From: an uncultured Methanoregulaceae archaeon
GTDB taxonomy: Archaea; Halobacteriota; Methanomicrobia; Methanomicrobiales; Methanospirillaceae
Assembly: GCA_963705255.1 (NCBI GenBank)
Contig: OY970061.1
Location: forward strand, 352,001 to 416,000
Length of the DNA: 64,000 nucleotides
Reading direction: 5' to 3'
Shown here piece by piece: positions 10,978 through 21,236 of the stretch (its first letter is position 1; the number at the start of each line of letters is the position of its first letter). The notes beneath the pieces are model-generated. The model saw only the letters and a program-made list of their open reading frames with translations, did no database searches and had not been told where the DNA came from. The translations under genes and the position numbers were made by a program.

Positions 10978-12117
10978 ATGAGAGGTCCGGCAATAAGCGC
11001 TGAATGTCTCCCCCTGTTTGATCAGCTTCCGTTCGGGCTCATCCTTCTGCGAAAAGATTTATCGATCCGTTTCTGGAACCGGTTCCTTGAGGAATGGACC
11101 GGCATAAAAAAAGAGGATATCGAAGGAAAAAACCTTATTGAGCAGTATCCCGAGCTCAATCAGGCATCGGTCATCGCGCGGTTTCCCGAGGTGTTCGATG
11201 GGGGGTCGCCGGTCTTTTTATCTTCCCAGTTTCACCCCCACCTCATCCCGTCTTCGCTCCCTGACGGCACCCAGCGGGTCCAGAAAGGATCCGTTATACC
11301 TGTCTGTTTCGAAAACGAGATACATGCAATTCTGGTTATTGAAGATGTCACGGATCTTTTCAGGCAGGTTACCGCGTACCGGAAGATGCGGGATATAGCC
11401 AAGCAGGAACTCGCGGACCGGAAGGAAGCAGAGGAAGCTCTCAGGATAGCAAATACCAAGCTGAGCCTCTTTTCTGATATAACGCTCCTTGACATCAAGA
11501 ACCAGCTTGCCATATCCATGGGTTTCGTCTCTCTCATCGACAAGGTTCGCGACAATCAGGTCGCGATCAGTTCGACTACCTCACGGATCAAGGATCAGCT
11601 GGCAAATATTGAAAAATCCATTGAGCTGATGCGGGAATATGAGAAGCTGGGAATGCAGCCGCCCCGCTGGTATGCGATGGAGGAGGTGCTCATGCATTCC
11701 TCTCTGCTCGCACAGTTTTTCAAAACGGACGCAGATCCGTCGATTGCAGGTCTGGAGATCTTCAGCGCCCCGCTTTTCGAACATGTCCTCGCCAATCTCC
11801 TGGAGAATGCGCAGGAGCACGGGAAGACCGTCACCCGGCTGAAGATCTCGTTCCGGATCGATCATGAATCCGGGATTCTTTCTCTGGAGGATGACGGGAA
11901 CGGTGTGCCCGGTGACCGGAAAAAAGCCATCTTCATGAAAGGATATGGGAAAAAGACAAGACTCGGGCTCTATGTTTCACGCGAGATCCTTGCCATGACC
12001 GGCATCACGATAGAAGAGACGGGAGAGGAAGGAAAAGGGGCCAGGTTCGAGATCAGGATACCGGAGGGAGGATACCGGTTCGCTCCCGCTTCCACGTGCA
12101 AAACCCGGATGGAGTGA
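10978..12117 (+). CDS. PAS histidine kinase-like protein lacking the H-box histidine
   Basis: PAS domain; H-box reads ITLLDIKN; N box NLLENA, G1 DDGNG and G2 GYGKKTRLGL are present. Confidence 0.85.
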   Translation: MRGPAISAECLPLFDQLPFGLILLRKDLSIRFWNRFLEEWTGIKKEDIEGKNLIEQYPELNQASVIARFPEVFDGGSPVFLSSQFHPHLIPSSLPDGTQRVQKGSVIPVCFENEIHAILVIEDVTDLFRQVTAYRKMRDIAKQELADRKEAEEALRIANTKLSLFSDITLLDIKNQLAISMGFVSLIDKVRDNQVAISSTTSRIKDQLANIEKSIELMREYEKLGMQPPRWYAMEEVLMHSSLLAQFFKTDADPSIAGLEIFSAPLFEHVLANLLENAQEHGKTVTRLKISFRIDHESGILSLEDDGNGVPGDRKKAIFMKGYGKKTRLGLYVSREILAMTGITIEETGEEGKGARFEIRIPEGGYRFAPASTCKTRME

Positions 12118-12294
12118 TCCCCGCGTCATGTCCATCCGGTGACGCGGAGACAATCAGGATTATTCTGGAGAGATCCCCGGGGTTCAACGGTTTGGGCCGG
12201 TCATCGCCAGGGCTGCGGCCGTTCTATGCCACCTGTCTGCTAACATAGCTTCAACATGTCAGCCATCATCGATAGTACGTACGTAGTTGGTTGA

Positions 12295-12636
12295 ATGAGT
12301 GGTTTTCATAAGAAAAATAATGAAGCAGCAGTGGATCTGAATGCAGTGAACCCCGATGGCACTCCCGTAGCACGCGTGCGGCTGCCCAAGAAATGGAACA
12401 GAGAGCAGTTCGCCCTTGCCGAGACGATGCTGGGGGCAAACCATATCCGGGTCCAGTGCATGGACGGGGTCACCCGCATGGGGAGGATCAAGGGAAAGAT
12501 CAAGAAACGGGCCTGGATAAGGGAAGGCGACACCGTGCTCGTCATACCTTGGAGTTTCCAGGACGAAAAGTGCGATATTATTTACCGGTACCTCAAACCG
12601 CAGACAGACTGGCTGCGGAAAAACCGGTACCTCTAA
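12295..12636 (+). CDS. eif1a: Archaeal translation initiation factor aIF-1A (copy 1)
   Basis: RVRLP, MLGANHIRV.C.DG..R.GRI.GK.KKR.WIREGD and PW..Q..K.DI.YRY motifs. Confidence 0.95.
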   Translation: MSGFHKKNNEAAVDLNAVNPDGTPVARVRLPKKWNREQFALAETMLGANHIRVQCMDGVTRMGRIKGKIKKRAWIREGDTVLVIPWSFQDEKCDIIYRYLKPQTDWLRKNRYL

Positions 12637-12655
12637 CGGGTATTTTTTTGTGCGT

Positions 12656-12798
12656 CGAGTCCGTCAGGACGAGACGGGGAGAAGAACGAAGTTCTTCGAC
12701 TACCGAGCTGTAAGCTGGCCTGGAGAGGATCTGAGGTCTTCGGCATTTCGAGTTCATCAGAACGAGACGAGGAGAAGACCGCAGGTCTTCGACTGCCG
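12656..12798 (+). repeat. REP-like cluster: two ~50-bp double-hairpin units around a third hairpin
   Basis: cgagtccgtcaggacgagacggggagaagaacgaagttcttcgactaccg versus cgagttcatcagaacgagacgaggagaagaccgcaggtcttcgactgccg. Confidence 0.85.
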
Positions 12799-12854
12799 GA
12801 ATCCGGGCAGATCCCATCGGTCCCCCAACCCCGGTTGTGTTTAAAAAAACATTG

Positions 12855-13670
12855 TCAAATATTCGGAATGCTCCCCCCCTGGACCTGGAAGGAATTGAAC
12901 ATATCCTCTGCAGTGTTGAAATACTCCTCATATTGATCCACCTCTCCGGAATAAGGTTTGTGTGCATGGAAGATCAGGACAAACGCTGTGTTGTTGATGA
13001 TCGTATATGCCCGCAGAACCCTGATATCGGTGGTATCCGTTGTCAGGTGATAGCCGAGCCGGTCGGCCAGCTGGCCTGACAACTCGACCCTTGCATAGGG
13101 AGCCGTGACTTCGATGGGATAATTGGTTGCGATCCATGCGACGTCCTTGGTATAGTACTGATCGAGTTTCGTTGTGGAGGGAGTGGGATCGACTTCTACG
13201 TGCATCTCTGTTCTCACGTTCACGCAGCGTGCTTCAATGCACCGGGTGATCCCCGGGGAATAAAACTCCACGACATCAATTTTTGACTCAAACCCCGGTG
13301 GTGAGGCAGGATCCGATGGGTTTGCCACGGGTGCATCGTTCATCTGCCAGTCAGACGGATAATTGATACTGAAACTATAGACCGGATTTGTATACGTGAG
13401 ATACGAAGTCGCCGGTTGCGGGGAAGGAACTGCCTGCCCCGGTGAGGTTCCCGCCGCGACCGTTGCGGTATATACGGGGATCGTTGTCTGGGTTTCTGTT
13501 GTCGCGGGCTCCGCAGGGGTTGCAGGTGTCAGTACCGGTGTGGTTTGAGCCGGGGCGGCATTCTGTGCAGGACCGCCCTGCTGCATGCACGCCGCCGTTA
13601 ATAACAGGGCACACAGAATCGCGATGAGGGTGACTATCATTCTGTTTGAGAGATGGGATGACAATTCCAT
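12855..13670 (-). CDS. Putative lipoprotein with Thr/Pro linker and PsbP-like domain
   Basis: Signal peptide ending LLTAAC, T/P/A-rich linker, YTNPVYSFSINYPSDW and a C-terminal MFNSF. Confidence 0.7.
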   Translation of the reverse strand: MELSSHLSNRMIVTLIAILCALLLTAACMQQGGPAQNAAPAQTTPVLTPATPAEPATTETQTTIPVYTATVAAGTSPGQAVPSPQPATSYLTYTNPVYSFSINYPSDWQMNDAPVANPSDPASPPGFESKIDVVEFYSPGITRCIEARCVNVRTEMHVEVDPTPSTTKLDQYYTKDVAWIATNYPIEVTAPYARVELSGQLADRLGYHLTTDTTDIRVLRAYTIINNTAFVLIFHAHKPYSGEVDQYEEYFNTAEDMFNSFQVQGGSIPNI

Positions 13671-14086
13671 AGTATTCTGTCATTATGCTGACACGTATAA
13701 AAATTGGCTCTTCTCTGTTTCGCGGGGGTAAATCCATGCTATCCAATAAAGAAAACGGGTTTCTTCTCATGTTCGTGTAATCATACATCAATTGAATATC
13801 CCCAGAATTGGGTTCAGAATTGCCTATAGGACATTATTCGCGAGATGCGATACCATCATATCCACGGGTTTGGAGGCTGATCCTCCATCAATTCAACGTT
13901 GATTTAAGAGGAGTTACCAACACAGAACAGCGATGAGCCGAAAGATGAGATAAGTTGTGGATGGAATACTATCAGAGTACCCAAAAATGCCCGCCCGGCA
14001 CGATATCGCCGTCAGCCTCTTTCATTCTGCGGTCCCGGTCGCCGATTTCCACGCTACATTCTCTCCTTTGCCCTGGTGCCGGGTAT

Positions 14087-14503
14087 CTAGTGATTTCCGA
14101 TTCCTCCTTTCTTGAGGAGATAATACCCCGAGCAGAGAACGAAGATGATCGCGGCAGTCCCGAACATATTCAACGGGTTCGCGGTGCCGGCATCCAGCAG
14201 GATGACTCCCCGGGCAACTGCGATGATCGCAATTTCTATCACGATCTCGACATGGATCACCTTTTCGTTGATGTAGGCCGATATCGTTGCCAGGAGCTCC
14301 ACACCTATCAGGACCAGAAGGAAATACCCGAAAATATCCAACAGTTCATGATTCTGAAGAAGAAACGGGGTGTTTACAAAAAGGGCTACATATAAAATGT
14401 ACGCGAGTTCGCCTATCGAGAATGCGACAATGATCGCGAAGAGGACGATGAGGATGAGATACACGATCTTCTCGTATTTTTTCAGAATATCGGTAAGGTC
14501 CAT
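14087..14503 (-). CDS. PsiE-family membrane protein
   Basis: Four TM helices; LLVLIGVELL and IAIIAVARGVI motifs. Confidence 0.82.
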   Translation of the reverse strand: MDLTDILKKYEKIVYLILIVLFAIIVAFSIGELAYILYVALFVNTPFLLQNHELLDIFGYFLLVLIGVELLATISAYINEKVIHVEIVIEIAIIAVARGVILLDAGTANPLNMFGTAAIIFVLCSGYYLLKKGGIGNH

Positions 14504-14880
14504 AGTAGCATTTGATCAAACCATTGATTTATAGGCTCTGAAAAAAACTCCGGCTCATGCAGTGTTCCTGTGGACCCCCGGAACGGCCCATCGCAGACAG
14601 GAGACGCCACAACGACGGAGCCGGTGACTCCCGTGCTGCCGTCGCGTTCCTCCCTTCCGCCCCTTCCTGCAATCCCTGCTTTTGGACCTACATTCATTGT
14701 TCCTGTTGCCGGAAAGAGGCGGTAATCCAGGTTTTTTCCTGCAGGAACGGAATTTTCGTATCCGGTCCGGGGCCCGAAACGGACTGACAGCGTGATTCAC
14801 ACGGATCGAAAGGCTGCTAACAACCATTCCGCGGAGCCGCGGGGAGCTCTGCCGCGTGATCGGTGAAAAAAGAAGGAGAG

Positions 14881-16057
14881 TTACTGTTTCTTATTCCCGG
14901 ACAGGACCGCTGCCCCGCAGATCCCGATCGCCACCAGGGCGGCAAACCCGGTGAGCCCGGCCTTTGTTGTCGGCGGGACGGTTGTCGGGGTGACCGTTGT
15001 CGGGACGTTTGCCGGGTTGACGGTCGCCCCCGGTGCGGCAGGCTGGAGAAGAGCGTTCACCTCTACGGTCTGGCCGGGAGCCACGGAGACCTGCAGGGAA
15101 TACGGCTGGTAACCGGAAGTAATCACGGTGATCGTGTGCCGGGTGTTTGCAAGGACATTGGAAAACTGCGTGCTCCCGATGCTGTCCCGTACCCCGACGT
15201 TCGCGTCACACTGTGCGCCGTCAAGGCATACCGTGCCGCCGCCCGGGGTTACAAAGACCTGGATGTTGCCGGTCGGGTTGATGAGCGGCTGGAGGACCGC
15301 ATTCACTTCATTGACCTGATCCGGTTGGTACGTAGACCTCGGTGGTGAACGGCTGATAACCGTTTTCCGCAACGGTGATCGTGTGGTAGCCATTCGCTGA
15401 CACGCCGCTGTACTGGTAACTTCCCGTGCCGGACGCCGTTCCCACGCCGGCCTGGCACTGGCCGCTGTCAAGGCAGATCGTCCCCCCGCCCGGGGTGATG
15501 TAGACCTGGAGACTGCCGGTCGCAGGCTGGGGCTTCTGGAGGACTGCATTGACTACGGTGGTCTCCTGCGCGATCACCATAACGTTCTCGTAATCGGTCT
15601 GGTACCCGGGTGAAGAGATGGTGAGCGAGTGGTAGGTACCATCGGAAAGCCAGTCGAAGGTCGCCGGGGTCGTCTGGCAGTTTCCGCCGTCAACACACGC
15701 GGTGGCGCCGGAGGGGGTCGAGTAGAGCTGGATGCTGCCCGTTGTGACCGGAACCGGCTGCAGGTAGGCATTGACCACATCGGTTGCCTGTGCAGTCACC
15801 AGGACGTTCTCCGTGTACGTCTGGTACCCGTTCAGGTAGATGGTGACGGTGTGATAGGTGTTCGAGGTCAGCCCGTCGAAAGTCGCCGGGGTATACTGGC
15901 AGTTTCCGCCATCCACGCATGCGTAAGCGCTCGTGGGTGTGGAGTATACCTGGATGCCGCCGGGCGGTGCGAGTGCGGCCGCCGGTACGGTTATAAGGCT
16001 TATGAGGATCAGTGCGGCGAGCGCCGCAAAAAATATATGACGTTGCTGGATTGTCAT
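14881..16057 (-). CDS. PEGA-like repeat cell-surface protein with C-terminal anchor (frameshift at 15327)
   Basis: Signal peptide; four repeats G.I.v.stP.gA..C.DG..C...GYQ.Y; Thr-rich linker; TM tail (KAGLTGFAALVAIG...KKQ) resembling PGF-CTERM. Confidence 0.8.
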
Positions 16058-16204
16058 AATGCAAATGTGGTGAGAGAACGGGGATAAGGGTTTTGGAGCC
16101 TGATGGGACCGTTACGGTCTCTTTGGTGAAGAGCAGGCAGAATACGACCCGATAGAATTTCTCCTGAGGGGTATCCGGGATAATGGTTCCATCTGCCTTT
16201 TTCA

Positions 16205-16463
16205 GGGCCTGGAGAACCAGAGATGAACCGATCGGGTTCACCCCGGAACTATGAAAATCGTTCAGGTACGAGAGCTCCCCGCCTCAGGCCCTCTCCAAGG
16301 AGGCATCGTCGCTTCAGCGAGGATTGGCTGGAGAAGAATCCGCAAGGATTCTTCGACTTGCTTCATCCTGTACAGATGAAACAGAGGAAGTTTGGAAAAA
16401 CTTCCTCTGGTGGAATCTCGTGAAAGATGAGGCACGGCAGGGCAGGGAGGTTGAACCGCAGGG
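16205..16463 (+). mobile_element. MITE copy (B-type end) with an inserted hairpin cassette
   Basis: gggcctggagaaccagagatgaacc...ccccgcctcagg, three hairpins (16325-16410), then gaggcacggc...gttgaaccgc as in the 302-480 copy. Confidence 0.75.
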
Positions 16464-16484
16464 AAATGGAGACGGGCCCGGAGT

Positions 16485-17591
16485 TCACCGGCAGGTGGTA
16501 TCGATGGATATCACGGCAACCGCGGTGACAGCCTCTCCTTCCTGGTCGAATATGGGGTACAGCTTCCGGAGGAACGATTTGCCGTTGCGGGTATACGTAT
16601 CTTCAAAGGCCTCACGGGTTTCGATGACCTGCCTGAGGTGATCGGTGAAGATCCGGGTCTCCTCGGGGGTGTGGAACTCACTGTAGTGCCGCATCTTGTA
16701 TGCGTCCCCGTTGACGGCGATACGGCGCTTGTGGTGCGTGTTCATGAACAGGTACCGCCCTTCCGGGTCGACCGTGTAAATGGAATCCTGGGTAGCTTCC
16801 ACAAGGATGCTGTAGTTCTCGTCCGCGAACCGCAGCGCTTCTTCTATCTTTTTCCGGCCTGTCGCTTCGGCCGATATGACGGTGACGGCAAACACCCGCT
16901 CGAGCGTCTCGTTCCGGACCGGGCTCAGCCGCCTGATAAACCAGCGGCCTTCCCGCTTGTACTCGTCCTGCACGGACTTGCCGGACTCGATGCTCTCCTT
17001 AACCGATCGCGCAAACCTCTCCGTCTCTGCCTTCGTATGGAAGTCCGCATAGTCGCGCCCTTCGTAGTTGCCATCCGTTATCCCGAGACGGCGCTGATGG
17101 TAGGCGTTCATGAAGAGATACCGGCAGTTCTTGTCCACCAAGTAGATGGAGTCGTCGATTGCTTCGACGATGGTCCGGTGGTTGATCTCGGAGCGGATGA
17201 GCGCGTCCTCCACGCGCTTGCGCCTCACGGCCTGATGCACCATGTTGCGGAGTTCGGCGTACTGGGTGACCGGGTCTCCGCTCTTCTGGAGATAGAAGTC
17301 GGCCCCGGTGTTCAGCGCTTTGATGACGATCTCTTCCCGGCTCTTGCCGGTAAAGATGATGAACGGCTTGTCGATCGCGCGTTTCATGAACTCTGTAAGG
17401 AACTCTATCCCGTCCATGCCACGCATCTGGTAATCGGAGACGACCGCATCGTACTTCCGTTCCTTGAGCAGGACAAGGGCTTCCTCGGCGGATGCCGCGG
17501 TATCGACAAGAAGGTCTCCATCTTTTTCAAGAAAAAGGCGGGCGATCTCGAGCAGATCCGGCTGATCGTCAACGAGAAGGATCTTTATCAT
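16485..17591 (-). CDS. Response regulator REC-PAS-PAS without a kinase domain
   Basis: ILLVDD, SDYQM, FTGKS, then two similar PAS blocks (DSIY.VD...RYLFMN). Confidence 0.88.
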   Translation of the reverse strand: MIKILLVDDQPDLLEIARLFLEKDGDLLVDTAASAEEALVLLKERKYDAVVSDYQMRGMDGIEFLTEFMKRAIDKPFIIFTGKSREEIVIKALNTGADFYLQKSGDPVTQYAELRNMVHQAVRRKRVEDALIRSEINHRTIVEAIDDSIYLVDKNCRYLFMNAYHQRRLGITDGNYEGRDYADFHTKAETERFARSVKESIESGKSVQDEYKREGRWFIRRLSPVRNETLERVFAVTVISAEATGRKKIEEALRFADENYSILVEATQDSIYTVDPEGRYLFMNTHHKRRIAVNGDAYKMRHYSEFHTPEETRIFTDHLRQVIETREAFEDTYTRNGKSFLRKLYPIFDQEGEAVTAVAVISIDTTCR

Positions 17592-17831
17592 GGCGGTCTT
17601 ATCCTGACCCGGTTCCGGGAGTTGTCCGGTCGGGAACCGGGTGCTGTCTGAACCCATCAGGCCGACGGATTTTAATTCTATCCGGACAGCTTAATTCCGG
17701 CTTGCTATACACACCCAAATTATTTAATCCTATTATATTGTGGCCCGGCTCAGGAACAGGTCTGACCAGGATCCCGGAGCAAGGTTCGCCGTGAGATATG
17801 AGCAGGTGTGTTTATACCTGACGGTACCCTA

Positions 17832-19529
17832 ATGACTTCTCTGATGAGGGATCCGATCGAAATTACGCCGCCTGGCCAGAAGCTCTTTGTTGTTTTTATC
17901 GCTACCTTTGCCACCATGTCGGTGTATGAATCCGTCAGCCCGTTTGTTATTACAACCGTCCCGGACTGGCGGTCCAATCTCCTGACGATCGTATTTACGA
18001 GTGTTGTGGCCGTCATCATCGCCTTCTTTCCCCTCAGCTCATTCCACAGGCAGTACGAACGGTCTCTTGCCGAGATGGAAAAACGCACGGCCCTTGAGCG
18101 CGAGTTACGGCAGAACGAGATCAAGTTCCGGGAGATGTTCAATCATGCCAATGACGCAGTACTCATCCATGAGATCTCCCCCGCCGGGCCCGGGCGGTTC
18201 ATCGAAGTCAACGACCAGGCGTGCCGCATGCTGGGGTATACCCGTGAAGAGCTGCTCCGGTTGCGTGTTCAGGATATCGATGCTCCCGAACAGCAGGAGA
18301 ATGTGTCCGCCATCAAGGAGAAACTCTTCAGGGAGAAGAACCTCATCTTCCGCGCCGAGCACCTGACCAAAGACCGTCGCAGGATCCCGGTGGAGGTGAG
18401 CAACCGGCTGATCGAACTCGACGGGCAGACCGTCGTCATGTCCATTGTGCGGGACATTGCCGAATGCAGGTCGGCAGAGGAGGCACTCCGGGAGAGCGAG
18501 ATAAAATTCCGCGGGATCTTCGATGCTGCAAACGACGGCATCCAGTTCCACGATGTCCTGGAGGACGGGAGTCCCGGGCAGTTTATCGACGTGAACGATG
18601 TCGCCTGCAGGATGGTCGGGTATACCCGCAACGAGATGCTCACCATGAGCCCGCTCGAGATTACCACCGGCTACCACAACCGCCCGCTTCCGGAGATCCT
18701 CCGTGAACTCAGCCAGGGACATGCCACCTTCGAGACCGAGCACCGGAGGAAAGACGGGACCACCGTACCGGTCGAGATCAATGCGCACACCATCCTTTAC
18801 CAGGGTAAGAAGCGGGTGATCTCCATTGTCCGCGACATCACCGAGAGGAAACGGACTCAGGACGCGCTGCTCCTCTCCAACCGGAAGCTCAACCTCCTCT
18901 CGAGCATCACCCGCCACGATATCCGCAACCAGATCACCGCGCTCCAGGCCTACATCGAGTTGTCGAAGGAGTCCGTGACCGATCCGGTCGAGCTCGCCCG
19001 CATCGGCCATGAGTTCCGGATCGCGGAGAAGATCCGTTCCCAGATCGAATTCACCGCCGATTACGAAAACCTCGGGGTGACGTCCCCGGTCTGGCAGGAG
19101 ATCTGCGGGATTGTCACTACTGCCGTGGCGGCGCTCCCGATGGGCGGCGTACGCCTCGACATCAGGCAGGACGGGCTCGAAGTGTTCGGGGATCCTCTTC
19201 TGGAAAAGGTATTTTATAACCTGATCGACAATGCCCTGCGATATGGCGGGGAGCGGCTGACAACCCTCCGGATCGCATCGCGGGAAAACGATGGCGGGCT
19301 TGTCATATCCTTCCACGACGACGGCATGGGGATCCCCGATGCCGACAAGGACCTCCTCTTTACCAAGGGGTTCGGAAAGAACACCGGCCTCGGCCTCTTC
19401 CTCTCCCGGGAGATCCTGTCCATTACCGGCATAACGATCACCGAGAACGGCGTGCCCGGCACAGGGGCCCGTTTCGAGATCACGGTGCCGAAAGGCGCCT
19501 ACCGGTTTTCAGGAAAAACGGACGCCTGA
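17832..19529 (+). CDS. Membrane-bound PAS-PAS histidine kinase
   Basis: Two TM helices, two PAS domains, ITRHDIRN, NLIDNA, DDGMG and GFGKNTGLGL. Confidence 0.92.
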   Translation: MTSLMRDPIEITPPGQKLFVVFIATFATMSVYESVSPFVITTVPDWRSNLLTIVFTSVVAVIIAFFPLSSFHRQYERSLAEMEKRTALERELRQNEIKFREMFNHANDAVLIHEISPAGPGRFIEVNDQACRMLGYTREELLRLRVQDIDAPEQQENVSAIKEKLFREKNLIFRAEHLTKDRRRIPVEVSNRLIELDGQTVVMSIVRDIAECRSAEEALRESEIKFRGIFDAANDGIQFHDVLEDGSPGQFIDVNDVACRMVGYTRNEMLTMSPLEITTGYHNRPLPEILRELSQGHATFETEHRRKDGTTVPVEINAHTILYQGKKRVISIVRDITERKRTQDALLLSNRKLNLLSSITRHDIRNQITALQAYIELSKESVTDPVELARIGHEFRIAEKIRSQIEFTADYENLGVTSPVWQEICGIVTTAVAALPMGGVRLDIRQDGLEVFGDPLLEKVFYNLIDNALRYGGERLTTLRIASRENDGGLVISFHDDGMGIPDADKDLLFTKGFGKNTGLGLFLSREILSITGITITENGVPGTGARFEITVPKGAYRFSGKTDA

Positions 19530-19554
19530 TCCGGAAGTGCACGGCTTCCGGGCC

Positions 19555-20957
19555 TTACGTACTCTCGCCGTTCTCCCGGTACCGTTTTCCGGCAATTTTT
19601 TTCAGTTCGAACAGGGAGTCCGCCTCTTCGGCCGAAAGGATCCCTTTTTCCACGGCAAGGTCGCGGACGGCACGCCGTTTTTCCATGGACTCGCGGGCGA
19701 TCTCTGCAGCCCGCAGGTAGCCGATCTCCGGGGTGAGCAGGGTGGCCAGGATAGGATTCGCACCGGCGTCGGCCCTCATCCGGCCCTCGTGCGCAACGAT
19801 CCCGTCGATGCATCGACGGGAAAAAACCGGAAGATAATTGGTGAAGAGGGAGAGGGACTCCAGGATATTGTGCACCATGACCGGCGTCATGACATTCAGC
19901 TCAAACTGGCCTGCCTGGGCTGCGAGCGCGACCGTAGTGTCATGCCCTATCACCTCGAAGGCAAGCATGTCCACGCATTCCGCCATCACGGGGTTCACCT
20001 TCCCCGGCATGATCGACGAGCCGGGCTGCACTGCGGGGAGGGTGATCTCGTCGAGGCCGGCTGTCGGCCCCGAGCTCATCAGCCTGAGGTCGTTTGCTAT
20101 CCGGATCAGTTCCAGTGCGAGTCCCCTCAGGGCGCCCGAGAAGGCGGCCATCTGGGACCGGCTCTGCAGGGCCTCGAAGCTGTTCCGTGCCGGCGTGAGT
20201 TCAAGCAACGTGAGGAGCGAGAGGGTCCGGATCACGGTAGCCCGGAACTGCGGATGGGCTCCCTCGCCGGTGCCGGTCGCGGTACCCCCGATTGCAACCT
20301 CGAGGAGGTCGTCCCTCCTCTCCCGGATCAACCCCCGGCCCGGCGAATGGCAGCGGCATAGGCGTGAAATTCGTCCCCGAGGGTGACCGGGAGGGCGTCC
20401 ATCAGATGGGTTCTTCCGGTCTTCGGGAGGAAGGCAAACTCGTCACCTTTCCGGGCAAGCGCCGCAGAAAGGCGGTCCAGCTCGCTGATGAGCCGGTCGG
20501 CATCGGTGATGATGGCAAGGTGGGAAGCGGTCGGGAACGTATCATTGGTCGACTGCGCCAGGTTGACATGGTCGTTGGGACTGATGTATTCGTAATCGCC
20601 TTTCCGGTGGCCGAGGATCTCGAGCGCACGGTTGGCGATCACCTCGTTCACGTTCATGTTGAAGGAAGTACCTGCCCCGGCCTGGTAGATGTCGACCGGG
20701 AACTGGTCGGCAAATCTGCCGGACATCAGTTCTTCCGAGGCGTGAACGATTGCCTCACCCCGCTCCCGGTCAAGGATGCCGAGTTCCATGTTTGCGAGCG
20801 CTGCCGCCTTCTTGATGACCGCGTAGGCCCGGACCAGTTCCGGGCGTTCGCGCCTCCCGCTGACCGGGAAGTTCTCCGCAGCCCTCAGGGTCTGGATGCC
20901 GTAATACACCCCGGAGGGTACATCGCGGGTACCGAGTGAATCGCGTTCCTGCCTCAT
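19555..20957 (-). CDS. aspA: Aspartate ammonia-lyase / class II fumarase family (frameshift at 20332-20336)
   Basis: ERDSLG, YYGIQT.RA..NF, GAGTSFNMN.NE, QSTND, GRTHLMDA and GSSIMPGKVNP motifs. Confidence 0.88.
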
Positions 20958-21236
20958 CGTTCTCTCACACAACCTTCTCCAGCCTGTCCTGTTCCTGAAC
21001 ATATCCCCGGAACCCAGATAAGGGTTGGTACGGGAGAGATCGCAGCAACGGCCTCCGGTACCGGCTGTTTTTCATGATCAGGTGCATGCTGACCGTCGGC
21101 AAAATCCCCGGCCGTAAGCGGACAGATACCGATCTCCCGTTCTCCCCGGATCCAAAAGAGGCCCGGGTCCATAACCACCGGGTATGAGATAATCAAATGC
21201 CGGGAAAATAGCCGCCGCCATTCTTTGTAAAGCGCG

